From: a virus
Taxonomy: Duplodnaviria > Caudoviricetes
DNA: 56,778 bases
Strand: one strand, 5' to 3'
Virus record (IMG/VR): IMGVR_UViG_3300028840_002119
Span: 1-56,778 of that record
In this document: piece after piece, positions 1 through 7,271 of the stretch
Numbering within the stretch: the first letter of the stretch is position 1
Layout of the letters: each line of letters begins with the position of its first letter
The notes under the pieces: generated by a model
Databases searched by the model: none
What the model was told of the DNA's origin: nothing
What the model saw: the letters and a program-made list of their open reading frames with translations, nothing else
Translations under genes and position numbers: made by a program

Positions 1-144
1 ATCCTCGTTTAAGATCGCCATCAACCTGCGCCATAAGTACATCTCGAATTTTGGTATCATCTCCATGCACCAGTACATCGCGTTTTCTTCGTTCCCGCGA
101 CGGATGTCCTTTTGCAATGCGGAGATTACATCGAACATTTGATA
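1..144. repeat. Terminal direct repeat (identical to 56635-56778), indicating a circular assembly
   Basis: The first 144 nt match the last 144 nt exactly and lie inside one CDS, so this is probably assembler overlap. Confidence 0.95.
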
Positions 145-174
145 CCCGTGGGCCTCAGTCCATAATCTTGCCAT
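1..174 (-). CDS. 5' part of RarA/MgsA C-terminal-domain-like protein (continues across the junction to 56191)
   Basis: ATG at 174 with upstream GGAGGTG SD gives MARLWTEAHGYQMFDVISALQK, in frame with ORF 56191-56772. Confidence 0.8.
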   Translation of the reverse strand, partial: MARLWTEAHGYQMFDVISALQKDIRRGNEENAMYWCMEMIPKFEMYLWRRLMAILNED

Positions 175-200
175 CTCTATTTTCACCTCCTGTTAAAGTC

Positions 201-272
201 TGACTGCCATCGTCAGTGAGTAGGCATCACCCTACCCAGACTAGGGGATGAAGATCATCCCCTAGTTTCGGC
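201..272 (-). ncRNA. Type II hammerhead ribozyme HHR1
   Basis: Minus strand reads GCC GAAA [CTAGGGGATGA-tct-TCATCCCCTAG] TC [TGGGTAGG-gtgatg-CCTACTCA] CTGACGA T GGC AGTCA. Full hammerhead core, predicted GUC cleavage between 239 and 238. Confidence 0.9.
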
Positions 273-653
273 TTAGACTCTCATTGCGCCATACTGTTCT
301 TCGAGCGCCGCAATTTCCTTGAAAAGATCGAGCGCCCCCTGGAAGACCGTTTCCCGTTGCAGATCGGATTCCAGGGTAGGATAGATCGAAAAGCGCACCA
401 CCTTAGTTTTCGTACCTCTGCGCGTTCCAGCGAAAATGAATTGATGCGCGCCGTTTTTCCAGCGGTATTCAATTTCTTTCTTCCCGACCATCGCCCGCAC
501 CCGCGCCCTGGCTAGGAATTTATCGCGTTGATCGGCCCACACTGCGACCACCTTCACCTGGCGGCGTGTGAATCGAATCGCCATCTCGCTCGCGCCGCAA
601 TCCCTCAAGAATTCTTCTGGCGTCATTTTGCCCGTCAACTTCGGTTCTGACAT
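273..653 (-). CDS. Hypothetical early protein (126 aa)
   Basis: ORF with ACACGGAGG SD; first gene after the repeated promoter; its stop codon abuts HHR1. Confidence 0.75.
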   Translation of the reverse strand: MSEPKLTGKMTPEEFLRDCGASEMAIRFTRRQVKVVAVWADQRDKFLARARVRAMVGKKEIEYRWKNGAHQFIFAGTRRGTKTKVVRFSIYPTLESDLQRETVFQGALDLFKEIAALEEQYGAMRV

Positions 654-686
654 CTCGTATCCTCCGTGTATTTTGATAGATCGGTC

Positions 687-757
687 TCTACTTTAATTAT
701 AGCAGATGCAACCTATTTTGTACATAGTAGAATCGTACTACACATTTAGAATACATT
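687..757 (-). promoter_or_regulatory. Early sigma70-type promoter, copy B of a 71-bp repeat, with LexA-like box
   Basis: TGTACA(719-724)-17 bp-TATAAT(696-701) with extended -10 TGn. Near-palindrome TAGTAG-N4-GTACTA at 725-740. 68/71 identical to 5263-5333. Confidence 0.75.
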
Positions 758-1349
758 GCTCGGCGTTATAGTTGGCCATTCCGAAGCCTTCGCCGTAGTC
801 TTCGGCCTGCGCCTCGATGTACTCGTCATCTTCTTCGCTGTCAGCCAGCTTGCCGAACACACGTTCTACTAGTGAGCGTTCCGGCTCTGGAATGTACGCA
901 CCCTCAACCAACAAATCATAGAGTTTGTCTATGTCCTGCGGATTGCCGTCGAACCATCCTTCTAGCCCGACGTCTGACAAGTCTTTTAGCGCAGCTCGAA
1001 AGTCAGCCTCAGACACAACGTACTGCGAAAAGCCCCATTGCGTGATCTTTCTCTGAAAAACCTCCAGCGCCTTCGATGCCAGCCATATCTGCGCGCGCCA
1101 CTGCTGTACCTCGCCCTCCAATTCCTTCAGCCGTTGCTGCTCGACCATGTTGCGTTCCAGATACGTCCAGTTGATAAGCCCCTCGAATTGCCACGCTACC
1201 CTTACGGCCATCGGAGTTTGAAGAAGCAGCCGACGCGCTTGCGCGTCGGCCTCCTGCTCGCTTGCTACATCAAACCTTCCTGCGATCTCCAATTTCTCCC
1301 AATCGACAAATTCGCCGGCGTGCCTGATCTTGCAGATTATGATAGTCAT
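738..1349 (-). CDS. Hypothetical protein
   Basis: ORF 738-1412; start likely 1349 (MTIIICK), directly after the upstream stop at 1351. Confidence 0.65.
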   Translation of the reverse strand: MTIIICKIRHAGEFVDWEKLEIAGRFDVASEQEADAQARRLLLQTPMAVRVAWQFEGLINWTYLERNMVEQQRLKELEGEVQQWRAQIWLASKALEVFQRKITQWGFSQYVVSEADFRAALKDLSDVGLEGWFDGNPQDIDKLYDLLVEGAYIPEPERSLVERVFGKLADSEEDDEYIEAQAEDYGEGFGMANYNAEQCILNV

Positions 1350-1350
1350 C

Positions 1351-1845
1351 TTAGACCACCTGCTCGTAAAACTCAGGGTAGAATCCCTCAGCACTGCACC
1401 AGACCACATCACTCGTGCTGATGTCCTGCGCCCATCCTACTCGCAACTCAGATTCCGTGAACCATACGGACCGGACTTCATCTTCCTCGTATTGGAGAGC
1501 GACGAAGGTCACAGTCGCCTTCGTGTGCGCCGCGATCGTGGCGCGTGTGACGTCCTGCATCACGCGATCTTTTATCGTGTCGCTGGCGTAGAATCCAGCG
1601 GCCTGCATCAGTGCGGTATGGATGGCATCTTTCGCGCCCTCGCGCGTGAGATAGTTGCCAGATCCACCCTTGTCAAAATCCCACCGAATTTCGTCAACCG
1701 TAGGATTCTCCATGAAGATCGTAATGGCGATCGTGCGAGCACTATACCGCTCGTAGACTTCCAACTGTTGATGTACGCCAATCTTCTCCCAAAGTGTATA
1801 GTCGCCCTTATGCCGCAGCCTGAACTGTAGTACCTTCGCTTCCAT
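1351..1845 (-). CDS. Hypothetical protein (164 aa)
   Basis: ORF with GGAGG SD, tightly packed in the operon. Confidence 0.7.
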   Translation of the reverse strand: MEAKVLQFRLRHKGDYTLWEKIGVHQQLEVYERYSARTIAITIFMENPTVDEIRWDFDKGGSGNYLTREGAKDAIHTALMQAAGFYASDTIKDRVMQDVTRATIAAHTKATVTFVALQYEEDEVRSVWFTESELRVGWAQDISTSDVVWCSAEGFYPEFYEQVV

Positions 1846-1847
1846 CC

Positions 1848-2021
1848 CTATTTGCCTCCGTAGTTTTCTTGACAGTATTCCAGGGAGTACGTTTCACGGC
1901 ACTTCCCGAACTTCGTCGGAATCCCGACGCCCTTGCTATCGCTGTCGCCGCCTCCACAAGCGACAAGCCATATAGCCATGATCACGAACAGCCCCAACTC
2001 TCGAACTCTTACCCGTTTCAT
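1848..2021 (-). CDS. Small putative lipoprotein
   Basis: MKRVRVRELGLFVIMAIWLVAC-GGG: basic N-terminus, hydrophobic stretch and lipobox LVAC; ACACGGAGGT SD. Confidence 0.65.
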   Translation of the reverse strand: MKRVRVRELGLFVIMAIWLVACGGGDSDSKGVGIPTKFGKCRETYSLEYCQENYGGK

Positions 2022-2050
2022 TTGACAAATACCTCCGTGTTTTTGGTTTC

Positions 2051-2120
2051 TGACTGCCATCGTCAGTGAGCAGGCATCACCCTACCCAGACGAGCGCGAT
2101 TACTCGCGACTCGTTTCGGC
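2051..2120 (-). ncRNA. Type II hammerhead ribozyme HHR2
   Basis: GCC GAAA [CGAG-t-CGCGA gtaa TCGCG CTCG] TC [TGGGTAGG gtgatg CCTGCTCA] CTGACGA T GGC AGTCA; predicted cleavage 2089/2088. Confidence 0.9.
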
Positions 2121-2459
2121 CTGTACTTCCGTGAGTATGAATCCAGTTTCACGCGCCATGCCTCGTTCGATCAAAAGCGCCTCTGGCTCGGTGCTGTCAA
2201 AGTAATAGTCTCCACCCTTGCCATACGAACCAAACTTCCACCATTGCGCTCCGTACCTGATGACTGGCTGAGAAACAACCAGCCGCCGCATCTTCCCTGG
2301 ACGTACCGCGTAGAGCGTGAGCGATCGCCCTGTCTCTGGGGCCGTCAAGATCACCTTGACGGCCCTGCCATAAGGTACTGTGCCAGCGGCTTCACTAAGT
2401 ACCTGGCCAAAATTCGTAGTGCGTGTCACATCCTTGCAAATCTCAGTTACGTTTCCCAT
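2100..2459 (-). CDS. Hypothetical protein (119 aa); its last codons encode the 5' half of HHR2
   Basis: ORF coupled to radC; ends GCC GAA ACG AGT CGC GAG TAA. Confidence 0.7.
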   Translation of the reverse strand: MGNVTEICKDVTRTTNFGQVLSEAAGTVPYGRAVKVILTAPETGRSLTLYAVRPGKMRRLVVSQPVIRYGAQWWKFGSYGKGGDYYFDSTEPEALLIERGMARETGFILTEVQAETSRE

Positions 2460-2460
2460 C

Positions 2461-3135
2461 TTACAAATCCTCGAACCCTAGCGCCCGTTCGCGTAGACTC
2501 ACGAAGGTCGCGTGTCCAACTATGACATGATCGAGCACGTCAATTTCCATAGTAATCCCTGCCTGCACTAAGCGCCTGGTCAGTGCGACGTCTTCGGGTG
2601 ATGGATTCGCATCGCCTGAAGGATGGTTATGTCCAACGATGATACTCTTCACGTTTCTGCGCACCGCGCCCCTGAATACCTCTGCGATGCGGACAATCGA
2701 AGTATTGAGCGTGCCCCTATACAAAATCTCACGTTCGACAATTCGATTGCGCGTGTCCAGGTAGAGCACTACAAAACACTCTTGCTCCTCGCGCCCAATG
2801 TATCCCATAAGAAGGTTTGCCGCGTCACCTGGTGAGCGAATATGATACTTCTCGCCCATCTGCGACTCAAGCACCCTGCGCCCCAATTCAAGTGCGGCCT
2901 TAATTCTAGCGGCCTGCGCCTTTCCAACCCCATGCACCGCTGTCAGTTGAGCGACCTCTGCCGTCGCGATCTGCGCCAGCCCGCCGAATTCCTTCATCAA
3001 CGTGATTGCCGTGTCCATCGCGTTACCCGTTCCCAAAATGCTCGCGAGAAGTTCGGTGCCTGATACCGCCATCGCCCCTGCCTCGCATACCCGATTCACT
3101 GGTCTTTCTTCCTTTGGATATTCTCGTACCAACAT
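2461..3135 (-). CDS. radC: RadC-family JAB-domain protein with N-terminal HhH
   Basis: ELLASILGTG, HhH HGVGKAQA, QECFVVLYLDTRN, GTLN, HNHPSGDANPSPED and LDHVIVG motifs. Confidence 0.93.
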   Translation of the reverse strand: MLVREYPKEERPVNRVCEAGAMAVSGTELLASILGTGNAMDTAITLMKEFGGLAQIATAEVAQLTAVHGVGKAQAARIKAALELGRRVLESQMGEKYHIRSPGDAANLLMGYIGREEQECFVVLYLDTRNRIVEREILYRGTLNTSIVRIAEVFRGAVRRNVKSIIVGHNHPSGDANPSPEDVALTRRLVQAGITMEIDVLDHVIVGHATFVSLRERALGFEDL

Positions 3136-3147
3136 TTTAGCAGCCCT

Positions 3148-3468
3148 CTAAAATTTAACGCCTGTGAGATTCAAGAGAAAATCTAGTCCCATTTTTTGCA
3201 CGATCACGGCCAGCGCCGCGTCTGCTGTCTCTGCAACCTTATTCGTGTGGACGACCTGGAATACCGCTTCGCCTATATGCGGGATGGCCCCCTCATACGT
3301 ACCGATCGTGGCAGTGCCATCCTTGCGGACCTCGATATAGTTACCATCCTCGCCACCCTTGTAAAAGAAGTACGTCCCTCGATTGTGCAACTGAATTTCA
3401 TCCAACACCCAATTTGCAATACTGCTTAATGTGACCTGACGCCATGCTTCGTATTCGTTCGCGTTCAT
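3148..3468 (-). CDS. Hypothetical protein
   Basis: ORF 3148-3576; start MNANEYE at 3468 has a GGAGGT SD. Confidence 0.65.
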   Translation of the reverse strand: MNANEYEAWRQVTLSSIANWVLDEIQLHNRGTYFFYKGGEDGNYIEVRKDGTATIGTYEGAIPHIGEAVFQVVHTNKVAETADAALAVIVQKMGLDFLLNLTGVKF

Positions 3469-3559
3469 TGTAACTACCTCCGATTTGTGATATACTGGAG
3501 GTGTCTCTGTAGCACCTCCGTGTTGCAGACCGAAGCGCGAGGACAGCCCGCCTCGCGCT

Positions 3560-4456
3560 TCACTTTGTTTCCCCATAGATCAAAGGACTCGGACCTTTGG
3601 GGAAGTGAATAATGTGATGTTGTAACAGCCCGCGATATACACTCCCGACTACCCGCGCCTCATCTTGCAGTCCAGCGTCAACCAGGTCGCGGATGTACCG
3701 CTCTAACGCCAATGCTACGTTGTTGGCCTTCCTCATTCCTGGGAGATCATCGTTAGTGGGGATGATACGTTCTGGCCGCGCCTCTTCCTCGGCTTTCCTC
3801 GTATCGACCACCGTCGTCATAAATGCGGCCATATCGAACATAGCCTCTTGTGCCTGCTCTTCGAGGAGCTTGCTGCACAGTTGTCGGAATTCCTTGATAC
3901 GCGGCTTCGCCGTGGTCGCGATGTACCGCAGCGCGATTCTCTGACGATTGCTATCCAAGTCCTTGAGCGCGTATGCGTACTTGATGCCCATCTGTCCATC
4001 GCGTACTAGCTTCTGCGCTTCTGGCACCGTTTCGAGAAGGGCGAGGCGCAATCGAATCCGTTGAATTGGCACACTCGCCTCAATCGCCAGCCTGCTGACG
4101 TCCCAACCAAATCGGTCAATCCGTTTCTGGTACGCCTGCGCCTCTTCGATCGGATTCAATTCGGCCCGTTGGATGTTTTCGAGCAACATCACCCCACTTG
4201 CCCGTTCATCGTCCATATCGCGCACCAGCGCCGGAATGGTTTCGGCCTTCAGCAGCTTGTGTGCGCGCCAGCGCCGTTCACCGGCTACGATCTGGAATCC
4301 AGCACCAAAAGGGCGCACCGTGATCGGCTGGGCAAGTCCATGCTTGCGAATACTCTCAGCCAATTCCGCGATGCTGTTTTTGTCGAATCTCTCGCGATCA
4401 TTGTCGCCAGGGATGATCTGCGAGACTGGAACTTCCTGCACCGTTTCTAATGTCAT
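3560..4456 (-). CDS. parB: ParB/Spo0J-family protein 1 (CTPase domain plus HTH)
   Basis: LAESIRKHGLAQPITVR, AGERRWRA arginine patch, ENIQRAELNPIEEA. Confidence 0.92.
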   Translation of the reverse strand: MTLETVQEVPVSQIIPGDNDRERFDKNSIAELAESIRKHGLAQPITVRPFGAGFQIVAGERRWRAHKLLKAETIPALVRDMDDERASGVMLLENIQRAELNPIEEAQAYQKRIDRFGWDVSRLAIEASVPIQRIRLRLALLETVPEAQKLVRDGQMGIKYAYALKDLDSNRQRIALRYIATTAKPRIKEFRQLCSKLLEEQAQEAMFDMAAFMTTVVDTRKAEEEARPERIIPTNDDLPGMRKANNVALALERYIRDLVDAGLQDEARVVGSVYRGLLQHHIIHFPKGPSPLIYGETK

Positions 4457-4485
4457 CGTGTTTTTACCTCCGTGTTTAGATTTAC

Positions 4486-4554
4486 TGACTTGCCATCGTC
4501 AGAGAATAGGTTGTCATCCTATCCTGACTGCGGACTCGCGTCCGCAGTTTCGGC
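4486..4554 (-). ncRNA. Type II hammerhead ribozyme HHR3
   Basis: GCC GAAA [CTGCGGAC gcga GTCCGCAG] TC [AGGATAGG atgacaa CCTATTCT] CTGACGA T GGC AAGTCA; predicted cleavage 4526/4525. Confidence 0.92.
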
Positions 4555-4568
4555 TCTTTGAATTCGCA

Positions 4569-4862
4569 CTAATTCCACCCGAATCGTTCGAGCAATTCTT
4601 GGGCGTCTCGGATATACCCTTCGTCACCGGCCTCGATCGCGTGCATCCAATTATCGAAGGTCGCGTCTGCCATCGTGAGCGCAGATTTTGAATCGTGCCC
4701 AAAATCCTCGATGTCTGATAGCAGCCACTCCCAAGCGACCAGCGGCGTCAAAACCTCGTCGCCAATCCCTTCCGAATCCATCTCCCGCAAAGTCAGCGCC
4801 AGCGCCATCTTCGCGTTCTCAGTGCTAAACATCTCAAAAGCAGTCAAAGTATCTGTCGTCAT
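4569..4862 (-). CDS. Hypothetical acidic protein (97 aa) flanked by HHR4 and HHR3
   Basis: ORF with ACACGGAGGT SD. Confidence 0.75.
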   Translation of the reverse strand: MTTDTLTAFEMFSTENAKMALALTLREMDSEGIGDEVLTPLVAWEWLLSDIEDFGHDSKSALTMADATFDNWMHAIEAGDEGYIRDAQELLERFGWN

Positions 4863-4898
4863 CGTGATAACCTCCGTGTTTTGGTTTTTTTGGATTAC

Positions 4899-4967
4899 TG
4901 ACTAGCCCTCGTCAGAGGATAGGTTGTCATCCTATCCTGACTGCGGGCCTGCGCCCGCAGTTTCGGC
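4899..4967 (-). ncRNA. Type II hammerhead ribozyme HHR4
   Basis: GCC GAAA [CTGCGGGC gcag GCCCGCAG] TC [AGGATAGG atgacaa CCTATCCT] CTGACGA G GGC TAGTCA; predicted cleavage 4939/4938. Confidence 0.92.
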
Positions 4968-5228
4968 TTATAATCCGCGACCAGCGAAAATATCCATCAG
5001 TTTTTTGAATCCAATTTCGCTGCCCCTCATCCACTGGTCAAGTCCCGAGCGTTTTAGCTGCTCTCGAAGAAATTCAATCCGTTCTTCCGTGAGCGGGCCG
5101 TGTGTCGCCTCTACCTTTTCAATGTCATGTCGAAGTAGTTGCAGGATATGAATCGCGCCAGCGATCTCGACTTCCCAATCGCCAAGAACGTCCGATGCCC
5201 GAAAATTGTCTGCGCCTGTGTTTTTCAT
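4968..5228 (-). CDS. Hypothetical early protein (86 aa)
   Basis: First ORF after promoter copy A; GGGGAG SD; its stop codon abuts HHR4. Confidence 0.7.
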   Translation of the reverse strand: MKNTGADNFRASDVLGDWEVEIAGAIHILQLLRHDIEKVEATHGPLTEERIEFLREQLKRSGLDQWMRGSEIGFKKLMDIFAGRGL

Positions 5229-5262
5229 CTCTGTATCTCCCCTTAAATTTAGTATATGAATG

Positions 5263-5333
5263 TCTACTTTAATTATAGCAGATGCAACTTATTTTGTACA
5301 TAGTAGATTGGTACTACACATTTAGAATACATT
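5263..5333 (-). promoter_or_regulatory. Early sigma70-type promoter, copy A of the 71-bp repeat
   Basis: TATAAT at 5272-5277 with TGn; same layout as 687-757. Confidence 0.75.
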
Positions 5334-5381
5334 TTTTGCCCATAATTCAGGCGTCAATGCGCTCGTGTGTGTATATAAAGG

Positions 5382-5421
5382 AAAAACCGGAAAGATAGAT
5401 CATGTCTACCTTTCCGGTTTT
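5382..5421. terminator. Intrinsic terminator, probably bidirectional
   Basis: AAAACCGGAAAG...CTTTCCGGTTTT hairpin downstream of the holin-like operon. Confidence 0.7.
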
Positions 5422-5524
5422 ACGATATCCAATTACATCGGGCATCCGGCCCGAATCCAGGCGACCAGCACCCACAACCAAAACAACCAGCTAAACAACC
5501 CTGCCAGGACGAGGACGGTCCAGC

Positions 5525-5962
5525 CTATGGCAATCCAGCACCGCTTTCCGATAGCGCCCAGATCAGTGCGCCGGCCAGCGCGACGACGAGGGCAGCGCCT
5601 ATTATTCTGACAGTCCACCGTAATCCTTTCAGCCACGGTTCCCACTCGGAGAGGATTGCGGTCCGACCTTCCTTAAACGTGGAAAAATCAGCCCGCAAGT
5701 CCTTGACGTCGCGTGTCGCGTCATGAACATCGGTGCTCAAGATCGACACGGACGCTCCGAACTCTGAGCACTTGAAGCGCAGATCGTCAATAAGCTGCTG
5801 CTGCTCGTCGTCGCGTTTCTGTAGGCGTGACTGTTCTTCGGCCAGCGAATCCAGCCGCGCCAGGATTTGCGGTATCAGTTTGGCCTCTGCGCTTATCTGC
5901 CGCAAGTGGTCAAGGATCACCGTCATAGGGTCAAATGAAGGTGGGACTGGAGCTTGCGTCAC
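5525..5962 (-). CDS. Coiled-coil protein with C-terminal TM helix (lysis-cassette type)
   Basis: Heptad-rich body, hydrophobic IIGAALVVALAGALIWAL; follows the holin-like gene. Confidence 0.65.
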   Translation of the reverse strand: MTQAPVPPSFDPMTVILDHLRQISAEAKLIPQILARLDSLAEEQSRLQKRDDEQQQLIDDLRFKCSEFGASVSILSTDVHDATRDVKDLRADFSTFKEGRTAILSEWEPWLKGLRWTVRIIGAALVVALAGALIWALSESGAGLP

Positions 5963-5963
5963 G

Positions 5964-6428
5964 TTACTCGCCTATGGTGCGTTCCTCGATGACTGGCTCA
6001 GGCAATGCCTCAAGCTCACCCCACTTACGCGGTTTGATGATACCCTTGTAAGCCGCCTGCGATGCAGCCCAGGTGAGGAAGCCTTTGGCCAATGCCTGCC
6101 AGTAGGGTTCAATCCGTAGCCACACATCGGGCGGGACGAGCTGAAGCGCGATCTCTGCCAGCAACGGCAGCCCGATACTACAGCCGAACACGATCCAGGC
6201 CTTCTTTTTCTTCGGCAACTCCGTGAACTTTGGAAATTTCTCAAAGAGGAAGGCGAGGACAAAACCAGTACCCGCGCCACCCGCAAACATCCCCAACACT
6301 TCAACCAGAGAGGGCGTGTCTATTGGAATCGGAGGGATGTCACCGGACTGCGCCAACAACACAGCAGGAAAGATGAACAGCGCGAGGATGACGATCACAC
6401 TTACGAACAAACGGCGAATCATAGTCAA
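5964..6428 (-). CDS. Putative holin (multi-TM)
   Basis: 3-4 hydrophobic segments, charged C-terminus, AAGGAG SD. Confidence 0.6.
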   Translation of the reverse strand: MTMIRRLFVSVIVILALFIFPAVLLAQSGDIPPIPIDTPSLVEVLGMFAGGAGTGFVLAFLFEKFPKFTELPKKKKAWIVFGCSIGLPLLAEIALQLVPPDVWLRIEPYWQALAKGFLTWAASQAAYKGIIKPRKWGELEALPEPVIEERTIGE

Positions 6429-6443
6429 ACTCCTTTCTATGGC

Positions 6444-6475
6444 AAAAAAAAATAGCTGGTCACAGTTGACCAGCC
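6444..6475 (-). terminator. Leader terminator ahead of the holin-like gene
   Basis: GGCTGGTCA-actg-TGACCAGCT followed by A and a T9 tract. Confidence 0.8.
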
Positions 6476-6512
6476 TCGGAAACTAAGTCTCAGTCAGGCG
6501 TTTCATGTTATG

Positions 6513-6692
6513 TCAAGTCTCGCCTGTGGACGGTGGGGGGCTTCTGTAGCGTGTGTCAGTTGTCACGGTCAATTCCTGAAGGTCGCCACCCTTGAGTGAA
6601 ACCCTGAAGGTGACTTCTCCCCAGTGGCCGGACTCGCTCAACTCCGTGAGCTTCTTCAACACAATCTTCACCGCGTCACGTATCGAGATCAT
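6513..6692 (-). CDS. Small 59-aa ORF, probably leaderless (not in the ORF track)
   Basis: Hand translation MISIRDAVKIVLKKLTELSESGHWGEVTFRVSLKGGDLQELTVTTDTRYRSPPPSTGET; ATG lies 7 nt after the -10. Confidence 0.55.
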   Translation of the reverse strand: MISIRDAVKIVLKKLTELSESGHWGEVTFRVSLKGGDLQELTVTTDTRYRSPPPSTGET

Positions 6693-6698
6693 ACTTCA

Positions 6699-6727
6699 AT
6701 TATAGTGAAAACTCTAACCATTCGCAA
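6699..6727 (-). promoter_or_regulatory. sigma70-type promoter
   Basis: TTGCGA-17 bp-TATAAT. Confidence 0.7.
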
Positions 6728-6749
6728 GGGCCAAAAGCACCGCGCCAAG

Positions 6750-6765
6750 TATTTCCTGGGAAATA
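6750..6765. promoter_or_regulatory. Noc/parS-like palindrome 1 (TATTTCCTGGGAAATA)
   Basis: One of 7 exact copies; intergenic. Confidence 0.75.
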
Positions 6766-6791
6766 CCTGGCGCGCGCGGGATCTGCCCCGT

Positions 6792-7271
6792 TTAGCTGTC
6801 ATCTCGTAGATAGACCTCGATTGTACCATCCGCCATCATAACGTAGACGCCTGGGTCCGAAAACGGGCAGTGCATACTCTCGACCTCTGCATCATTGCGG
6901 ACGACCATCAGAGGGACAAGGTGCGGATCGTACCTTTGGTAAGGCGTAGGCAAAGACTCCAGCCAGTCGACGACGTTGGGCATTTTGACCACCCACATCA
7001 TTGTGGGGGCCGGTCCGAACTCCGCGATCTTCGCCTTCGCTGCTTTGATGGCCGCGAGGATGTCATCGCCATCGGTGGCCACGTCAGTCGTTCCAGTAGA
7101 CGGCCGTACCGTCATTACATCCTCAAAAGTCTCAAGCTGAAACCCGATGTCAATCTTCGGCCAGTGCCAAGTCATGCACTTATGCACCTCACAGAAGCGA
7201 TACTGACACCATTCCGGCCTGAGTACCACAAACTTCGACGGCTCGCACCATTCACACGTCCACTTAATCAC
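6792..7271 (-). CDS. Hypothetical protein with N-terminal Cys/His motifs
   Basis: CEWC...CEVH; overlaps the end of the ThiF gene. Confidence 0.6.
   Translation of the reverse strand: MIKWTCEWCEPSKFVVLRPEWCQYRFCEVHKCMTWHWPKIDIGFQLETFEDVMTVRPSTGTTDVATDGDDILAAIKAAKAKIAEFGPAPTMMWVVKMPNVVDWLESLPTPYQRYDPHLVPLMVVRNDAEVESMHCPFSDPGVYVMMADGTIEVYLRDDS

Noticed and set aside
1-144. 144-bp terminal repeat as a biological DTR
   Set aside because: It falls mid-gene and is exact; more simply explained as circular assembly overlap.
661-669. Recurrent ACACGGAGG motif (also near 2033, 3515, 4468, 4871, 19934)
   Set aside because: In all but one case (3515) it sits at SD spacing from a start codon; treated as an extended ribosome-binding site.
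2461-3135. RadC JAB domain as part of the Ubl system
   Set aside because: It is a canonical RadC in a different operon, and the cassette has its own JAB gene.
201-4967. Repeats as a CRISPR array or integron attC sites
   Set aside because: Spacing is gene-sized and irregular, no cas or integrase gene is present, and the hammerhead core explains the conservation.
6491-6518. Possible dif site (TTATGTCAAGT resembles a XerD arm)
   Set aside because: The would-be XerC arm lacks the inner ATAA, so this is only a half-site.
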